DNA from: Flaccisagitta enflata
Lineage: Eukaryota
DNA: 64,000 nt
Assembly (NCBI GenBank): GCA_965153355.1
Contig: OZ231126.1
Location: 40,920,001 to 40,984,000, forward strand
Direction of reading: 5' to 3'
The position numbers and the translations under genes are program-made. A model generated the notes under the pieces. That model worked only from the letters and a program-made list of their open reading frames with translations, made no database searches and was not told where the DNA came from. How positions within the stretch are numbered: position 1 is the first letter of the stretch; each line of letters starts with the position of its first letter. Shown in pieces: positions 62,290 to 64,000 of this stretch.

Positions 62290-64000
62290 TTATTCGACCT
62301 CATCAGTCTTTAAAAATTTGTAAAGATGACGTAATATTTCATTGTGAGAATTACATAATCCAGTTTGGAAAGAAAGTCGTCGTTTGGCAAAAATAGTAAA
62401 AAGATCATTGTAACCCAATCCAGTACGGAAAGTTCGAATGCTTTCCCAATGATTGAACGTAAATATTTTTCGAATAGCATTGTTAAGAGCAGAATTGCAT
62501 TTTGACATTTCTGAAGAAGAAAACTCCTTAACATCAGATGCGTAACTTAGACTAGGGACGCAGCACGTATACAACAAATGCATTAGTACAGTTTCACTCC
62601 CGTAGGTAAAAGAATTAAAGATAGAATTGAAAGATGAATAGAAATTCCTTAGGTCGTTTCGGGGACTAAATGATAGGTTTTTTCCCGAAACAATTATTGC
62701 ACCCAAGTATCTCCATTCTTTAACAAACTGAATAGGTTCACCATTCAACGTTGTAGAGCACGGAGGATTATTATGATTTTTTCCAAAAAACATTGATTTA
62801 CTTTTTTTCGGGTTGAAAGAAAGACAATATTCAGAGCAATAATCAACACAGATATCGAGCATTTTTTGCATGGCCTTTCTGGATGGTGCAATTAAACATA
62901 AGTCATCCGCGAAGAGCAGTGACCCCGTAAAAATATGATCGACATAGCAACCAATTCCCTTTTTTCTTAATAACTTAACAAGATCGTCAATGTACACCGT
63001 AAAGAGTTTTGGGCTTATGACGCCGCCTTGTTTGACCCCGGAAGGAACAGAGTAAGGGTTACTAAAAGCGCTTTGCCATTTACAGCGGTTTTCCATATTC
63101 GAGTACCAGTATATCAGCAAGTTGATGTAACAAAGAGGAACATTACGCTCAATCAATTTTAGAAATAAACCTCGATGAGAAATCTTATCGAAAGCCTTAG
63201 AACAATCTAAGAACGTGACAATAGTGCTTGATCCGTGCTTGGAGAAATAATCTACAGTAGACCGTAAAACATATAAAGCATGGCTACAGGAATGTTTTCT
63301 TTTAAATCCAAATTGTAAATTATCAGTTTGAAGAAAAGAATCCATTTTTAGAATAAGCAAGTTTTCTAAAAGTTGAGAAAAGATATTCGAGAGTGTAACA
63401 GGTCGGTAATTACTAGAATCATTTATATCACCATCTCTGTCTTTAACAACTGGAGTAACAGTGCCGTTCAAGAATGCACAAGGAACATAATTGTGTTGAA
63501 CCAAACCATTGAAAAGTATATTCAAATGAATGGCAAGTTTAGGACTACCAAGGAAAATATGTTGACTACGAACAAATCCTCCGGTTGCTTTACCTAATTT
63601 CAATTTACTTAACGACGTAATCATATCATTCCATGAAAAGTAAAATTGACCGAGATCGTCATTACCATGCAATTTCGTGTATTGGTTATGAGCATCAGAA
63701 AACCGTTTATCTAAGTTTGAATGAGCTTCCGTTTTAGGTGCATTATAAACATTGCTAAATGTGTTTTTGAAAGAATCCGAAATTTGTTGTTCATCTACAA
63801 AGCCATCAATACGACAAACATTTTCACTATTAGCATTCGTAGAATTAAAACGTTTCCAAAAAGTATTGTAATCATGAGAAGCTAAAGCATCGTTTAGATC
63901 ATCATTTACTTCCTTATTCGCATCTTTTTTTGCTCTTCTGACAGCAATTTTGTAATTGTAATGAGACTTCTGTTTTTCACAAAATATGGGCCCGGATCTA
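62290..64000 (-). CDS. Reverse transcriptase ORF of a non-LTR retrotransposon (LINE), 5'-incomplete
   Basis: Motifs NYRPVTL, QFGFK, FLDCSKAFD, GVKQGGVISPKLF, LLFADD, YLG. The frame stays open from the window edge (RSGPIFCEKQK..FWKRF) to the stop at 62290. Confidence 0.95.
   Translation of the reverse strand, partial: RSGPIFCEKQKSHYNYKIAVRRAKKDANKEVNDDLNDALASHDYNTFWKRFNSTNANSENVCRIDGFVDEQQISDSFKNTFSNVYNAPKTEAHSNLDKRFSDAHNQYTKLHGNDDLGQFYFSWNDMITSLSKLKLGKATGGFVRSQHIFLGSPKLAIHLNILFNGLVQHNYVPCAFLNGTVTPVVKDRDGDINDSSNYRPVTLSNIFSQLLENLLILKMDSFLQTDNLQFGFKRKHSCSHALYVLRSTVDYFSKHGSSTIVTFLDCSKAFDKISHRGLFLKLIERNVPLCYINLLIYWYSNMENRCKWQSAFSNPYSVPSGVKQGGVISPKLFTVYIDDLVKLLRKKGIGCYVDHIFTGSLLFADDLCLIAPSRKAMQKMLDICVDYCSEYCLSFNPKKSKSMFFGKNHNNPPCSTTLNGEPIQFVKEWRYLGAIIVSGKNLSFSPRNDLRNFYSSFNSIFNSFTYGSETVLMHLLYTCCVPSLSYASDVKEFSSSEMSKCNSALNNAIRKIFTFNHWESIRTFRTGLGYNDLFTIFAKRRLSFQTGLCNSHNEILRHLYKFLKTDEVE

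Overview
Repeat-dense, AT-rich eukaryotic genomic DNA, most likely from an invertebrate animal (GT-AG introns, many microsatellites, dense nested non-autonomous transposons). Most ORFs in the supplied track are microsatellite or repeat artefacts. The first ~38 kb has no convincing host gene: it is a mosaic of Helentron/DINE-like elements, hAT- and Tc1/mariner-type MITEs, large inverted repeats and a truncated RLE-type non-LTR retrotransposon. Three spliced host genes could be rebuilt by hand. (1) A minus-strand NHL-repeat (TRIM2/3-type beta-propeller) gene at 38253-45528+. (2) A plus-strand 8-exon gene at 49852-56540 encoding a 404-aa secreted precursor: signal peptide, ~190-aa helical region, then three His/Gly/aromatic-rich peptides bounded by convertase-type basic sites. 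This is the most interesting object in the window. (3) The 3' six exons of a minus-strand alanine aminotransferase at 58739-61864, whose upstream intron holds a LINE with an uninterrupted RT ORF. Exon coordinates were read manually and repeat boundaries are approximate unless a TSD is given.
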